The notes: a model not told the origin generated them from the sequence alone. DNA of 63,952 bases, filler included, from Octopus bimaculoides (GCF_001194135.2; 7 parts of 7 records of this genome joined end to end with filler, not necessarily neighbours in it); one strand, 5' to 3'. Shown: positions 13,339 to 25,337, numbered from the whole stretch's first letter. Numbers and translations: made by a program.

Positions 13339-14404
13339 TCAGCTACGTAGATTAGCTGAAATTAAGGGTATTGTTCAAGTATACAACGTGTGTCTCAGCC
13401 CAGGATGAATTATACAGAATTATATAAATACGACCATTACGTTTAAACAATTCTGTCATAAGTGGATAGAAATGCAGAAACAACTTTTTCCTTTGTTCAA
13501 ACCAGTGGTTTCTAACCTTTTCAGCATCAATGCTTCTTTTTCTGATTGGCCCTCGTTTCTGTATTCTACGCCCACCTACAACTGCCATATTTTCATATGA
13601 GACGTTTTGGACCAGCCTATTTGACGTCGCTGATTTGGCGCTGATTTATTTAACATTAGACGTTTTAATGTTTCTCTCTCTACTTCTCCCTCTTTCCCTC
13701 TCTCTCCCACCCTCTTCCTTTCTCTCTCTATTTCTATCTATCGCTATCTATCTATCTGAATGTATGTGTATATTTCTGAGCGCACGCGCGCGCGTGTGTA
13801 CGTGTGTGTTTGCCTCCAGTACCTAAAAGTACTGGCACTAAAACAGATTCAGTGTCCACTCAGCCGCGCCAAATTGTCCATATCCAAACAGCTGCACCAA
13901 ATCTTCTCATTGTGGAGGAATTGAATCTACGATTTTATTACCATAAACCGAACACACTAACAAGCGAGCAATATATATTATAATAAGGCTGATTTCACAA
14001 ACCATTTACGATCGCTCACTTGGGGTGAGACTGCCAATGGTAAAAGACACAGCAACTATAATAGATTTCAAGTTGATATTAATTAATTTTTAATTCAACA
14101 CTGGAGTTATTTCCCCTGTCTTCTTTTTAACTATAGTTAATTAGAAGATAACGATTTCTCATTTCCGAAAGTGTCATTTTAATTAATTAAAATTTGTTGA
14201 TTCACTACATTATATATGTTGAGGTCCACTTAAATTATTGTTATCAAGCTGCAGGTGTTTCTGAGCAATATAAGTGTGCTATTGTCATGCACTTTTCTCC
14301 ACACATATGTACATGTGCATGCCAGTGTTCGTGCGTGTATTTATGTGTGTACGACCGTGCGTATATATGGTTACGTGTGTTTGAATGTACATGTGAGTGT
14401 GTGC

Positions 14405-14455
14405 AGCGTGTGTGTGTGTTTGTGTGTGCGTGTGTGTTTGTGTGTGTGTGCGTGC

Positions 14456-14545
<90 letters not shown>
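14405..14545. repeat. (GT)n microsatellite
   Basis: Direct reading. Confidence 0.95.
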
Positions 14546-14547
<2 letters not shown>

Positions 14548-14879
14548 CCTTAAAAACTCAAGTTGTTTGATATTCGATCAGCTCAGTGCAACATCATAAC
14601 CAAACCTACTCTGCTGGAAGTAGACATCACATGATGGCATATGCCATCTCTATAAACAAAGCTAATATGGCAGCACAATTTTAACCGACGCGTGTTTTCC
14701 ACGATCACAGTGGTGAGTACAGTACTTCGTAATAAGAGGAATGGGCGTTAGTCTTCACCTTAGCCATCCTGTAATACGCACGACGTAGTGCACTTTTAAC
14801 AAATAACACCATATCCAGGACGAACGCATTGCAAGGTGCTTCGAGGATCGAATTATATACAAATATGCAGCATACATTC

Positions 14880-15190
14880 ATGCATGCATACATATATAAA
14901 TATATATATAATACATGCAAGCTTGCATACATAAATGCATACATACATACATACATATAGACATACATGCATGCATGCATGCATTCATACTAATATACAT
15001 ACATGCATGCATGCATACATACATACTAATATACACACATGCATGCATACATACATAAATACATATATACATACAAACATGCATGCATGCATTCATGCAT
15101 TCATGCATACATGCATGCATGCATACATGCATACATACATACACACACACACCTACACACACATCTACGCACGCACACACACACGCATAT
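14880..15190. repeat. (CATG)/(CATA)/(AC) compound microsatellite
   Basis: Direct reading. Confidence 0.9.
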
Positions 15191-15289
15191 ACACAACTAC
15201 GAAAGCTACTGACATATTGGTGCCTGTTTCCATAGTAACAAGCCAAGGTATAGTCTGCTTAAAACTCATCGCATCGTGTATTGTCTTTA

Positions 15290-15946
15290 CCTGTCCATTT
15301 CTTTGATGGAGAAATTGAAATGCAGTTTCTTAATTGCAAGAGAAGGCTGTTATCCCAAAAAGAAACGTAAGTACAAAAAGATACTATATGAACAAGGAGA
15401 TGCTTTGAGAGAAAATTTCATTGACGGTGTTCCTGAAAAGGATGCGATGAGTGCGTGTCTCAGAAAAGATACATGGTTGCAATATGACACCCTTCTTCTC
15501 AGAACTATACTGCCTTTACTCATGGGTCAAGGAATTGAATTCAGTCCAGTTTTGTGTTGAAGAACTGTGGATGAACTACAGCTGTTGATTACAACAGCTA
15601 TGTTCATGAAATATGTGCGGAGGACCTGCTCCACAATTCGGTTCAGATAGGCGGTCTTGAGAAGATTGTTGAGACAGACGAAACAGTCTTCTCGAGACGT
15701 AACTACAACCGAGGAAGGGTTTCTGCAACCTGAGCTGTGGGTTTTTGAAGGAGTATGACACGAGACTAGATATGTTCTTTTCTTTATGCAATGCCATGTT
15801 GGAATCGCGACACACTAGAAGAATGCCTACGTCAGTCGGTTCTTCAAGAAACCATGATTTTCAGTAACTTGTGGAGGGCATACTATCACATTCCTGAAAT
15901 TGATGGTTATAATTTTCGACATAGAACAGTGAACCACAGCGTTGCT
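15290..15946 (+). mobile_element. Decayed Merlin (IS1016/ISXO2-like) DDE transposase
   Basis: QIGGLEKIVETDETVFSRRNYNRGR...LWVFEGV...RDTLEECLRQSVLQETMIFSNLWRAY...HRTVNHS matches the Merlin VEIDES/KYNRGR/WVFG/SD.W..Y/H.TVNHS motifs; frameshifts present. Confidence 0.85.
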
Positions 15947-16427
15947 ACAAAAAATGTATTAAGTGTTTACGTAAACTGAACTATAGCTTCTTTTTTATTC
16001 TTTTTTATATATTTATCTATTTCTGTAATTTAACTTACAATTTGTATTCTTGCAATTTTTCGCAAAAAAATTCATTGACGATTTTCCTTTTTATGTTGTT
16101 TACNNNNNNNNNNNNNNNNNNNNNNNNNNNNNNNNNNNNNNNNNNNNNNNNNNNNNNNNNNNNNNNNNNNNNNNNNNNNNNNNNNNNNNNNNNNNNNNNN
16201 NNNNNNNNNNNNNNNNNNNNNNNNNNNNNNNNNNNNNNNNNNNNNNNNNNNNNNNNNNNNNNNNNNNNNNNNNNNNNNNNNNNNNNNNNNNNNNNNNNNN
16301 NNNNNNNNNNNNNNNNNNNNNNNNNNNNNNNNNNNNNNNNNNNNNNNNNNNNNNNNNNNNNNNNNNNNNNAACAAATCTTAAAATTTCAAAAACTGTGAC
16401 AGTAACAGAAAAGATCGCATTTATTTT

Positions 16428-16955
16428 ATGATGTGGTATCAAAAAGTTCCAGGAATAGTTATGTTTAATAAAGAAAAATAACTTATTTACCTAAGTTGTA
16501 ACATCATCTCCTTCGAAATAGTTACCTTGCCCAGCAATACACAGGTCCTAGCGTTCCTGCCACTTTTGGAATCCAGTTTGGAAGTCATTTTCCGTAAGCG
16601 AGTCGAGGACCTTCTGCGATTCGCTCTGGATTTCGACATCGGTGTTAAAACAGCGACCTTTGAACTGCATTTTCATCTTGGGGAAGAGATGGAAGTCTTC
16701 AGGTGCTAAATCTGGCGAACAGGACAGGTACGGAAGCGATACTATGTTGTTTTTCGGCGAGAAACTCACGAGTGAGGAGAGCTCGATGACAGGATACATA
16801 GTCGACATGAAACATTTAATTCTTCGCGCTCCACAGATCCGGTCGCTTTCGTTGAATGTTCTCCTTCAAACGCTTCAAAACGTTGCAGTAGAACTCTCGA
16901 TTGACGTTTTGGCCCTGGAGAACGTATTCTTGATGCACAATACCACGAAGGCTGG
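16428..16955 (-). mobile_element. Mariner transposase 3' half with right TIR (pseudogene)
   Basis: GIVHQEYVLQGQNVNREFYCNVLKRL...SPDLAPEDFHLFPKMKMQFKGRCF...GNYFEGD; TIR-like end tatgatgtggtatcaaaaagttccaggaat. Confidence 0.9.
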
Positions 16956-17201
16956 AAAAAAACGATTAGCATGCTCTTTAAATAATACATCGCTTCAGTA
17001 TTGCTAAATCAATACTGGAAAATAGGCCAGCAAGAGAAGGCAAGTTGTCTACATGGACTTCAGTGTACAAATGGTACTTATTTTATCGACTCCGAAAGGA
17101 CGAAAGGCAAAGTTGATCTCGATGGAATTTGAACTCAGAACGTAAAGACGGACGAAAAGCCGCTAAGAATTTTGCCCAGGGTGCTAACCATTCTGTTAGC
17201 T

Positions 17202-17565
17202 CTAGAACTGGATGCGGTTACAAATGCTATGGAAAAACAGTCAGCCACCTTCTATATATGGATGACCTAAAATTATATGCAAAAAACGACAAAGAGCTAG
17301 AAACACTACTACAGACAGTACACGGCTTTACCAAGGAAATAGAAATGAAATTCGGATTAGAAAAATGTGCCAAAGCAACCCTGAAAAGAGGAAAATTAGT
17401 TAAAAGTAGCAATATAACACTAGATAAAGCCAATGAAATAAGAGAACTAGACGAAAGCCAACCATATAAGTATTTAGGAGTCAATGAACTAGATAGGATA
17501 CAACATACACAAATGAAAGAAAAAATAAAGAAAGAGTACTATAGACGAGTTAGATCAATACTAAA
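17202..17565 (+). mobile_element. Reverse transcriptase fragment (YMDD) of an R4/Dong-like LINE, cut by an assembly gap
   Basis: TVSHLLYMDDLKLYAKNDKELETLLQTVHGFTKEIEMKFGLEKCAKATLKRGKL...YKYLGV...IKKEYYRRVRSIL, open reading frame. Confidence 0.9.
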
Positions 17566-17665
17566 NNNNNNNNNNNNNNNNNNNNNNNNNNNNNNNNNNN
17601 NNNNNNNNNTTAATTAATTAANNNNNNNNNNNNNNNNNNNNNNNNNNNNNNNNNNNNNNNNNNNN

Positions 17666-17699
<34 letters not shown>

Positions 17700-17702
<3 letters not shown>

Positions 17703-17858
17703 CAACAGGCTTCTTTCAGTTTCCTTCTACCAAATCAACATAAAAGGCTTTGGTTGGCCCAAGGCTATAGTAGCAGACACTTGCCCAAAGTGCTACAGAA
17801 TGGGACTGAATCCAGAGCCATGTGGTTGGAAAGCAAGCTTCTGACCACACAGCCACTG
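17700..17858 (-). mobile_element. tRNA-derived SINE family B, 5' half
   Basis: Reverse complement of gtggctgtgtggtcagaagcttgcttt...ggattcagtccca...ccttggccaaccaaagcc...gaaactgaaagaagcc. Confidence 0.85.
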
Positions 17859-17967
17859 ATTAATAAGTATCCCGACTGTTGCCATAGTAATGAAACTAAA
17901 GCATGCCGAGTGAAGCTGCTTGGCACAGATTGAGTTTGAACTCTGCTGTGCATGTGCACTATGTTTT

Positions 17968-18627
17968 AACATTATGGCTCACTTCCACTGTTTACAGTAG
18001 TGCTTGGAAGAAAGGTGTATAGCGTGTGATCATCGTCTTGACCATGACAGAGAAAGTTGAGCAGAGAATCTGAATCAAATTTTGCCAAAAGCTTGGTGAT
18101 ACCTGCTCAGAGGCCTATGCAAAGTTTTCAAAAATTTTTCATTGTTCCCAACACAATCAAGGAGATCTTGTGTAACTGAATCCCAAGTGTCTTTTTGGTC
18201 AGCAGAAAGCAGTTTTGATGCAAACTTGGCAGACACTCATCTCATAACTAAATCCTCAGTGATAATGGACTGAGCTGAACCATAACTAATCTGCACATCC
18301 TCTCAAAACTCACAGATGGTGATTTGATAATTTCCTATCACAGTTGCACACACATCTGCAATGCTTTTCTCAGTTCTGCTGGTTGTGTGTCTCCCAGAAC
18401 ATTCGTCAATATTGATGTTTTTTTTGGCCATCTTGGAAATGTCTGAACCACTCGTACACTTGTGTGTGGCTCAAACACACTTCTCCATATACTTTCTGCA
18501 ACTTTGCTTAGGCCTCTGAGCAGGTATCATCATGACAACCTTCTCTGTCATGGTCAATGCGATGATCACACTCTATGCACCTTCCTTCCAAGCATTGCTG
18601 TAAACAGCAGAAGTGAGCTAGAATGTT
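17968..18627. mobile_element. Fold-back (long inverted repeat) non-autonomous mariner derivative
   Basis: Arms 17968-18126 and ~18501-18627 are inverted copies of the mariner 5' region (MTEKVEQRI*IKFCQKLG); the interior on the minus strand encodes VYEWFRHFQDG...SGR...VSAKFASKLLS. Confidence 0.8.
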
Positions 18628-18629
18628 TT

Positions 18630-19890
18630 ATCCAGTAGACTTGCAAGGCTCCTCTTCCAAAATTCACTTCTTTGTGATGAAAAATACTTCTCCAGTATTG
18701 TTCTGATCTCGTCTACTGAATTTGTATTTTTTCCATCCAAATGATTTTGATGACTGTGAAATAAAAATGATAATCAGATGGGGGAAATGTCCAGTGAATA
18801 TAGTGGGTGGGACATCGCTTCCCACTCAAACTGCTCCAGCCTTTGGAATGTCATCCTTGCTGTATGTGACTGAGCATTATCCTGATGGAAGAACACCTTT
18901 TGTCTTAGAACTGAAGTTGGTCATCTTCCTTCTAGAGCTGACTTAAGTCACTCAAACTGCTCACAGTAGATCTCCTTTGTTATGGTTTGGTTTGGGTTTA
19001 AAAGTTCAAAGTGAACTAAACCTCTCATATCACACCAAACAGATAACCTCTTACGTTGGTGAAGACCTTCTTTAGTCTGGGGTGCCGGTGTTTTTCCTTT
19101 CTCTGCCCACTGTCTTTGGTGCTTGACATTTTTATAGAGGACCCATTTCTCATCACCAGTCACTATTCAGTCCAAAAAAGGTTCATTTGTGAGACATTAC
19201 AGCAAAGAAGATCACACATTCACTTTCTGCATGTAATTAGACTCAGAAACTTTGTGAGGAACCTATTGACCCAATTTACTGACTTTTCCGATGGCACGCA
19301 TGTGTTGATGAATGGTTGAATAACCAAATCCAAGCTTCTCTGCTAGTTCCTCAACAGTTACAATGATATTTTGTTCCACCAGGAGCTTTAGCTTCATTAC
19401 TATGGCAACATTCGGGATACTTATTAATCAGTGGCTGTGTGGTCAGAAGCTTGCTTTCCAACCACAAGGCTCCGGTTTCAGTCCCATTGTTCGTCCTTGT
19501 TGAGCTCTACAGATCATCCAGGACAAGTCTCATCTTCTAGGCTTCAGTTTCCAGCTCGGAATTTCTGGAACCACCATTGACACTGGCTTACACTTATTGT
19601 CTGATCCCCATATACTGCATTAATATTCCTCACACTTTCCATTACATTGTTGCCTTTATTGAATTCATAAAGCAAAATATACCGAATATGCTCCTTTCCA
19701 TCATAGCTTTGAAAAAATAACTGTAAAAATCGAACTGCACTCTTCAAAACTTGCACTAAGAATAAGGACAAGGTAAAATTACTACCTGCTTTTATAGCAA
19801 GTTGATGCAGGTAGTTTATCCTGTCCTCCTCTGATTTGTAGTTGATGCAATTGAAAAAACTGCATTATTTATAGGATGATCCAATATGTA
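18630..19890 (-). mobile_element. Near full-length decayed mariner (Hsmar1/mellifera-like), interrupted by a SINE at ~19431-19493
   Basis: KEHIRYILLYEFNKG...QWWFQKFRAGN, VPHK, TGDEKWVLY, LSVWCDMRGLVHFELL...TITKEIYCEQ; 5' TIR ttggatcatcctataaaataatgcagtttt at ~19856-19887 next to a TA run. Confidence 0.9.
19431..19493 (+). mobile_element. SINE family B head inserted in mariner
   Basis: gtggctgtgtggtcagaagcttgctttccaaccacaaggctccggtttcagtccca. Confidence 0.8.
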
Positions 19891-20309
19891 TATATATATA
19901 AGTTTTCAGGTTCCATTTGAAATATTATTTGTAAACAAAAGGAAAATTAATTCCATATCAATGCTATTTTACTCCCATTTCCTACTTGTATATTCCACAG
20001 TCATCTATACCTTTTTTATTTGTGTTTAGCTTTGTAATACTTCCATATATACATATACAACAATTGTGCAGCAAAATGTCATTTGTGCAGAAAAATGTCA
20101 GTTCGGGGGAGATTTAAGTTCACTTCATTAATGGCAGCTGTATTGTGCTGAACTTTGAACATGACTTTTTGTTTGTGTTCTGTGGAATACCTCTATACCT
20201 TTATTATGGCTCATTACATACCTGTGTGATTTCCCTTTTGATTCAATACATATTCTGTTAATCCTGCCTTTGATATTTCTTTGATTACTGATTAGCAACA
20301 GAAGAAATA

Positions 20310-20945
20310 TTAATACCAAGAGGTAATATTTATCCCCACTTAAATATGGATGTTCTGTTAGAACAAACTTTACTGCAGTAGATATCATGAGAGAAATTCT
20401 CAGATAGGCTTTTGGTGCAAAATGCATGTTTGTTTATATTGCTAGCAGGGAGATAAATACCAACAGATCACATGATTTTGACCATCCTTGATCTTATCAG
20501 TAATGTATGCTTGACCACTAGAGATAGTAATTATTCATCTCCCTGAGAGGAATATATAGAAAATCAGTGCCAGGACAGGCGCTGGTGTCATAGTTAGCCA
20601 GTTAGCTTGTTAAAAAGTATTAATTAGTGACAGAGGCAGTATTAACACCAAGAGTTATTATTTATCCCCTCTTAAACATGGATGTTCTTTTAAAACAAAC
20701 TTTACTGTGGTAGTTATCATGAGAAAATCTCTGATATTGATTTTTGGTACAAAATGCACTCTTGTTTATATTGCTAGTGGAGAGATAAATCCCTGCCATC
20801 TCCAGTGCCAAAACCACCAGATTACATGATATTAACCTTTCTTGGTGTTATCAATGATGAATGCTTGACTGTTAGAAATAAGAGATTCATCTCCCCTCCA
20901 GCAATATACTGAAAACCAGTGCCAGGATAGACACTTGTGTAGTTT
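20310..20945. repeat. Diverged tandem duplication (~20310-20590 and ~20640-20945) of an unclassified repeat; third homologue at ~40625-40740
   Basis: Shared ccaagag...tttatcccc.cttaaa.atggatgttct...acaaactttactg...catgaga...ttgtttatattgctag...cagtgccagga. Confidence 0.75.
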
Positions 20946-21265
20946 AAGTGGGAATAAATATTACCTACTTTTGATTATTTCTTTTCTATTCTATTGGCTA
21001 ATCTTGTTTTTCTCATATAAAAATTTTCATCAAATGAAAATGTTATAAATATATTTGTTGGTTCGTTTCACTTGTAGGTTTTCTTTCACAAAAGTAGAGC
21101 CTTTCTTATTTCCATCCCTAAATTACATAACACCAAGTTGCAGTTAATCACTTAATACATATACTTAAATTGTTTTAGGTAATTTCATTCATCATTACTA
21201 TTTCTAAAACATTACCTTTTCTGCTTGTCATTCTATGAATTGGTGTATTTTCTTTATATCTGCAG

Positions 21266-21395
21266 GACCACATATTGTTGGTTCACAAATGCCACTTGCT
21301 TTATTCCCTTAACCGTTTCGATGAGTTCTACCAATGTGCAAAGCAGTTACTTTTCAGTCATGTCAGAGACGAATGGAAGCCAGTCTTCAGAAAAG
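21266..21395 (+). CDS. GTF3C3: Internal coding exon resembling general transcription factor IIIC subunit 3 (TFIIIC102, TPR-region protein)
   Basis: Acceptor tttctttatatctgcag and donor AAG|gtaaac; 130 nt open: DHILLVHKCHLLYSLNRFDEFYQCAKQLLFSHVRDEWKPVFRK, aligning by eye to the recalled human GTF3C3 stretch ELKLLLHRSTLLFSQGK. Confidence 0.55.
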
Positions 21396-21575
21396 GTAAA
21401 CCACTTTTTTCTTTATCTTTATTTTTGTTTTAAATTTTATATTAATTCTCTTGGGCTATTTTCTGGTAATGAGCCAATGTTGATCTCCTTTATACCATGC
21501 TAAATGCAGTTTGTGAAGGCAATGTTCTTTCTTCACACTTGAAAGAAACTTCATAGGTAAGCAGTCAAGTTGAAT

Positions 21576-21745
21576 CATCATCATCATTTAATGTCTGTTT
21601 TCCATGCCAGCATGGGTTGAACAGTTCTACAGGAGCTGCACCAAATTCTGGTGTCTGTTTTGGCATGGTTACTACAGTTTTCGCCCTTCCTAATGCTAAC
21701 CACTCTACAGAGTGTACTAGGTGCTTTTTACATGCACCAGCACTA
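21576..21745 (-). mobile_element. RTE LINE 3' terminus with (GAT)n tail
   Basis: Homologous to 22922-23130: catcatcat-ttaa...ttccatgc.agca...gcccttcctaa.gc.aaccact...gtgctttt. Confidence 0.8.
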
Positions 21746-22921
21746 TGTAACTTGCAAGACAAGACTCCCCCTTGACTAGAAGGGGGAGTAATATTAAGGG
21801 AGGTGACTTTACATGGGTTGATGAGAGATATGAATGAGGGACTGGAACAGGTTTCTTGCTGTAGGAGAGATACTGGTTGCCCTTGTTGGAAAATAAAAAG
21901 AAGGATGGTGGTGAAGATTTGTCAGGGCATACCCTAAACATGCAGGAAGATGAATATGAAAGAAGTGATATGAATTGGTATGTAAGTTTGTGGGAATGTG
22001 AGAGGCAAGTGTCAAATAGATAGAGATGGGGATAAAGGAAAAAGCAGTGAGTGGGGAACACAAGTGAAGGCATGGTCATTCATTACTATCTGCAAAGACG
22101 ATGCATTTACTAATTTAGTACCAACTGCTATCATAGCTATTGATATAAACTTTCACCCCATAATGGGGACCATGATTTTAGGCCTTCAACTATAAACACA
22201 TCATATATTTATGTATATCTATATCTATGTGTGTGTACATTTGTTCATTCATTCATTCATTCATTCATTCATTCATATGCAAGGACATTATGAACTACTG
22301 CAGAAATACACCTTACCTAACGCATGAAATAAGTGTGCATATATATATGTATATAGATATATGTATATATCTATATTTGTATGTATGTATATAAATGTAT
22401 TTCTCCTTTTATGTGCATTTTCAGTTCCAAAAAACTGTACCCCTCCCAAACTCCATTATTTTCATCGATTATACTGTTATTTCTATTTTTCTTTTTATCC
22501 ATGCTTTAATAAGAATATTGTACTACACCTACTAATAACTAATTCGGTTATAAGTATGTACATGCATATATACATGCATGTGTGTATGTATATGTATCTA
22601 TGGGTGTGTATGTATATATGTGTAAATTAACCATATGAACTTCTTGGCTTTCTTATAAAACTCCCTGACAAAGACTACAGGCATACCCAAGTACCCTAAT
22701 TTTATCTACAGATTACTACAATACACTGAAAAGATGGATATAGCATATGGGGGACTGTAACCTCTTGGCTGAAACAGCTGTAAGAAACTGGTCTTCTTTC
22801 TCTATTATAGAAACTACTAATACTTTACACATGTATTTATATATTAATCTGAAATGTTTCAAATAAATTAATAGACATAATATAATGTCTAACAACTGAT
22901 TCCCTCCATTTTCTTCTTCCT

Positions 22922-25098
22922 ATCATCATCGTCGTTTAACATCCACTTTCCATGCTAGCAAGAGTTGGACGATTTGACTGAGGACTGGTGAAACCAGATG
23001 GCTACACTAGGTTTCAATCTGATTTGGCAGTTTCTACAGCTGGATGCCCTTCCTAACTTGGCAGTTTCTACAGCTGGATGCCCTTCCTAACGCCAACCAC
23101 TCCGAGAGTGTAGTGGGTGCTTTTACGTGCCACTGGCACAAAGGCCAGTCAGGCGATACTTGCAATGGCCATGCTCAAGATGGTGTATTTTATGTGCCAC
23201 CTGCACCGGAGCCAGTTCGGCGGCACTGGCAACAATCTCGCTCGAATGTCTTTACACGTGCCATCCGGCACAAGTGCCAGGAAAGCGATGCTGGGCACAG
23301 GTGCCATGACGATTTCGCTTTCGCTTGCACCAACAGGTCTTCGCAAGCTGAGTTTCATGTCCAATGAAGGAGACGACATTGGCATGGGTGCCAGTCATCG
23401 AATTTAACNNNNNNNNNNNNNNNNNNNNNNNNNNNNNNNNNTCGCAGGCGGAGTTTAGTGTCCAATGAAGGAAGGTACGCATAAGTGGGCTGGTTGAGGC
23501 CTTAGATTTAGGTCTCACTTGGCTTGCCAGGTCTTCTCATGCACAGCATATTTCCAAAGGTCTCGGTCAGAAGTCATTGTCTTGGTAAGGCCCAATGTTC
23601 GAAGGTCGTGCCTCACCACCTCATCCCAGGTCTTCTTGGGCCTACCTCTTCCACAGGTTTCCTTAACTGCTAGGGTGTGGCACTTTTTCACACAGCTATC
23701 CTCATCCATTCTCGCTACGTGACCATACCAGCGCAATCGTCTCTCTTACACACCACAACTGATGCTTCGTAAGTTCAACTTTTCTCTCAAGGTACTAACA
23801 CTCTGTCTAGTATGCACACTGACATTACACATTCATTGAAGCATACTGGCTTCATTCCTTGTGAGCCTATGCATGTCCTCAGCAGTCACGGCCCAATTTT
23901 CAGTGCCATGAAGCATGGCTATTCGTACACATGCATCATACAGTCTGCCTTTTACTCTGAGTGAGAGGCCCCTTGTCACCAGCAGAGGTAAGAGCCCTCT
24001 GAACTTTGCCCAGGCTATTCTTATTCTAGCAGCTACACTTTCAGCAAACCCTCCCCCACTACTAACTTGGTCACCTAGATAGCAGAAGCTATCAAATATG
24101 TCTAGTTTTTCTCCCTGGAATGTGGCAGAAGTTGTTTTCTGCACATTTACAATGTTTATTGCTCCTGAACATCTGCTACATACAAAAACTAACTTCTTAG
24201 TTAACCTTCCTTTGATATTGCTGCACCTCTTACGTGTCCATAGCTTGCACTGGGTGCATCTTATAGAGTTTCTACCTACGCCTTTTCTACAGATCGAGCA
24301 GGGCCATCTACCTGAAGGGATTTGTGTTTTGTCTACCTTCCTACTTATTAGGACTTTGGTTTTAGCTAGGTTGACACTAAGGCCCTTCGATTCGAGTCCT
24401 TGCTTCCACACCTGAAACTTCTCATCTAGTTCTGATAGTGACTTAGCAATTAGTGCAAGGTCATCAGCATAGAGGAGCTCCCAGGGGCATCCTGTCTTGA
24501 ATTCTGGAGGTCTATGACCCTCTCCATGACTTTCATTACCTGATCTAACAACTTGAAACCTCTGTAATTATTTGTATCTAAAGCGTAAGCTTTACCTTTG
24601 TAGCAGTTGACAATGGTGCTGCTACACCAGTCATTGGGTATGACTCCTTCGTGTATCACCTGGTTAACTGTACAGGTGACTAGGCTATAGCCGACACTGC
24701 CAGATATTTTGAGCATCTCTGCAGTGATTCCTGAAGGGCCGGGGGCTTTCCCTGTCTTCATACTCTAAATAGCTTTATCTACCATGGTACTGTCAACTCG
24801 AATGACTTTGTTAGGTCGACATTCATCAGACTCTCTTCCTCCCAATCATTCTCTTTATTGAGCAACCTTTCGTAGTGGCATCCCCATACCTCTTTCTTTG
24901 CAGCCTCGTTTAGTGCAAGCGTACCATCATCCATGCAAACACATTTCTCTCCGACGACATAACAATTCTCTCGTACACACTGCCTTGCAATACGAAATAC
25001 CTCAAGTCTTTGGTCCTCACAGCACAGAACATAAATTTTTTATTATCTGCTTCCCCTCTGACTAAATAAACCTGTTGCTTAGATTAGCTTCCCTATAT
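22922..25098 (-). mobile_element. 5'-truncated RTE-clade LINE (RT C-terminal half and 3' UTR) with an internal RT deletion
   Basis: KTGKAPGPSGITAEMLK...NYRGFKLLDQVMKVMERVI, LLYADDLALIA, GLSVNLAKTKV, RIRIAWAKFRGLLPLL, LRWYGHVARM...WDEVVRHDL; 3' UTR ends in (GAT)n; short N-gap at ~23408-23441. Confidence 0.92.
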
Positions 25099-25211
25099 NN
25101 NNNNNNNNNNNNNNNNNNNNNNNNNNNNNNNNNNNNNNNNNNTTAATTAATTAANNNNNNNNNNNNNNNNNNNNNNNNNNNNNNNNNNNNNNNNNNNNCT
25201 GATCGTCGCCT

Positions 25212-25222
25212 TAATAATAATG

Positions 25223-25317
<95 letters not shown>
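25212..25317. repeat. (AAT)n microsatellite
   Basis: Direct reading. Confidence 0.95.
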
Positions 25318-25337
25318 CACAACAACAATAAATGCTC

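Noticed and set aside
14210-14260. LRR-like KHLQLDNNNLSG on the minus strand after a plausible acceptor
   Set aside because: It is a single repeat, with a stop four codons after the motif and only a very weak donor (gtggac).
17610-17621. TTAATTAATTAA inside N-gaps (also at 25143, 43049, 51162, 55616 and 61472)
   Set aside because: The identical 12-mer with stops in all six frames sits centred in ~100-bp gaps; it is an assembly spacer, not biology.
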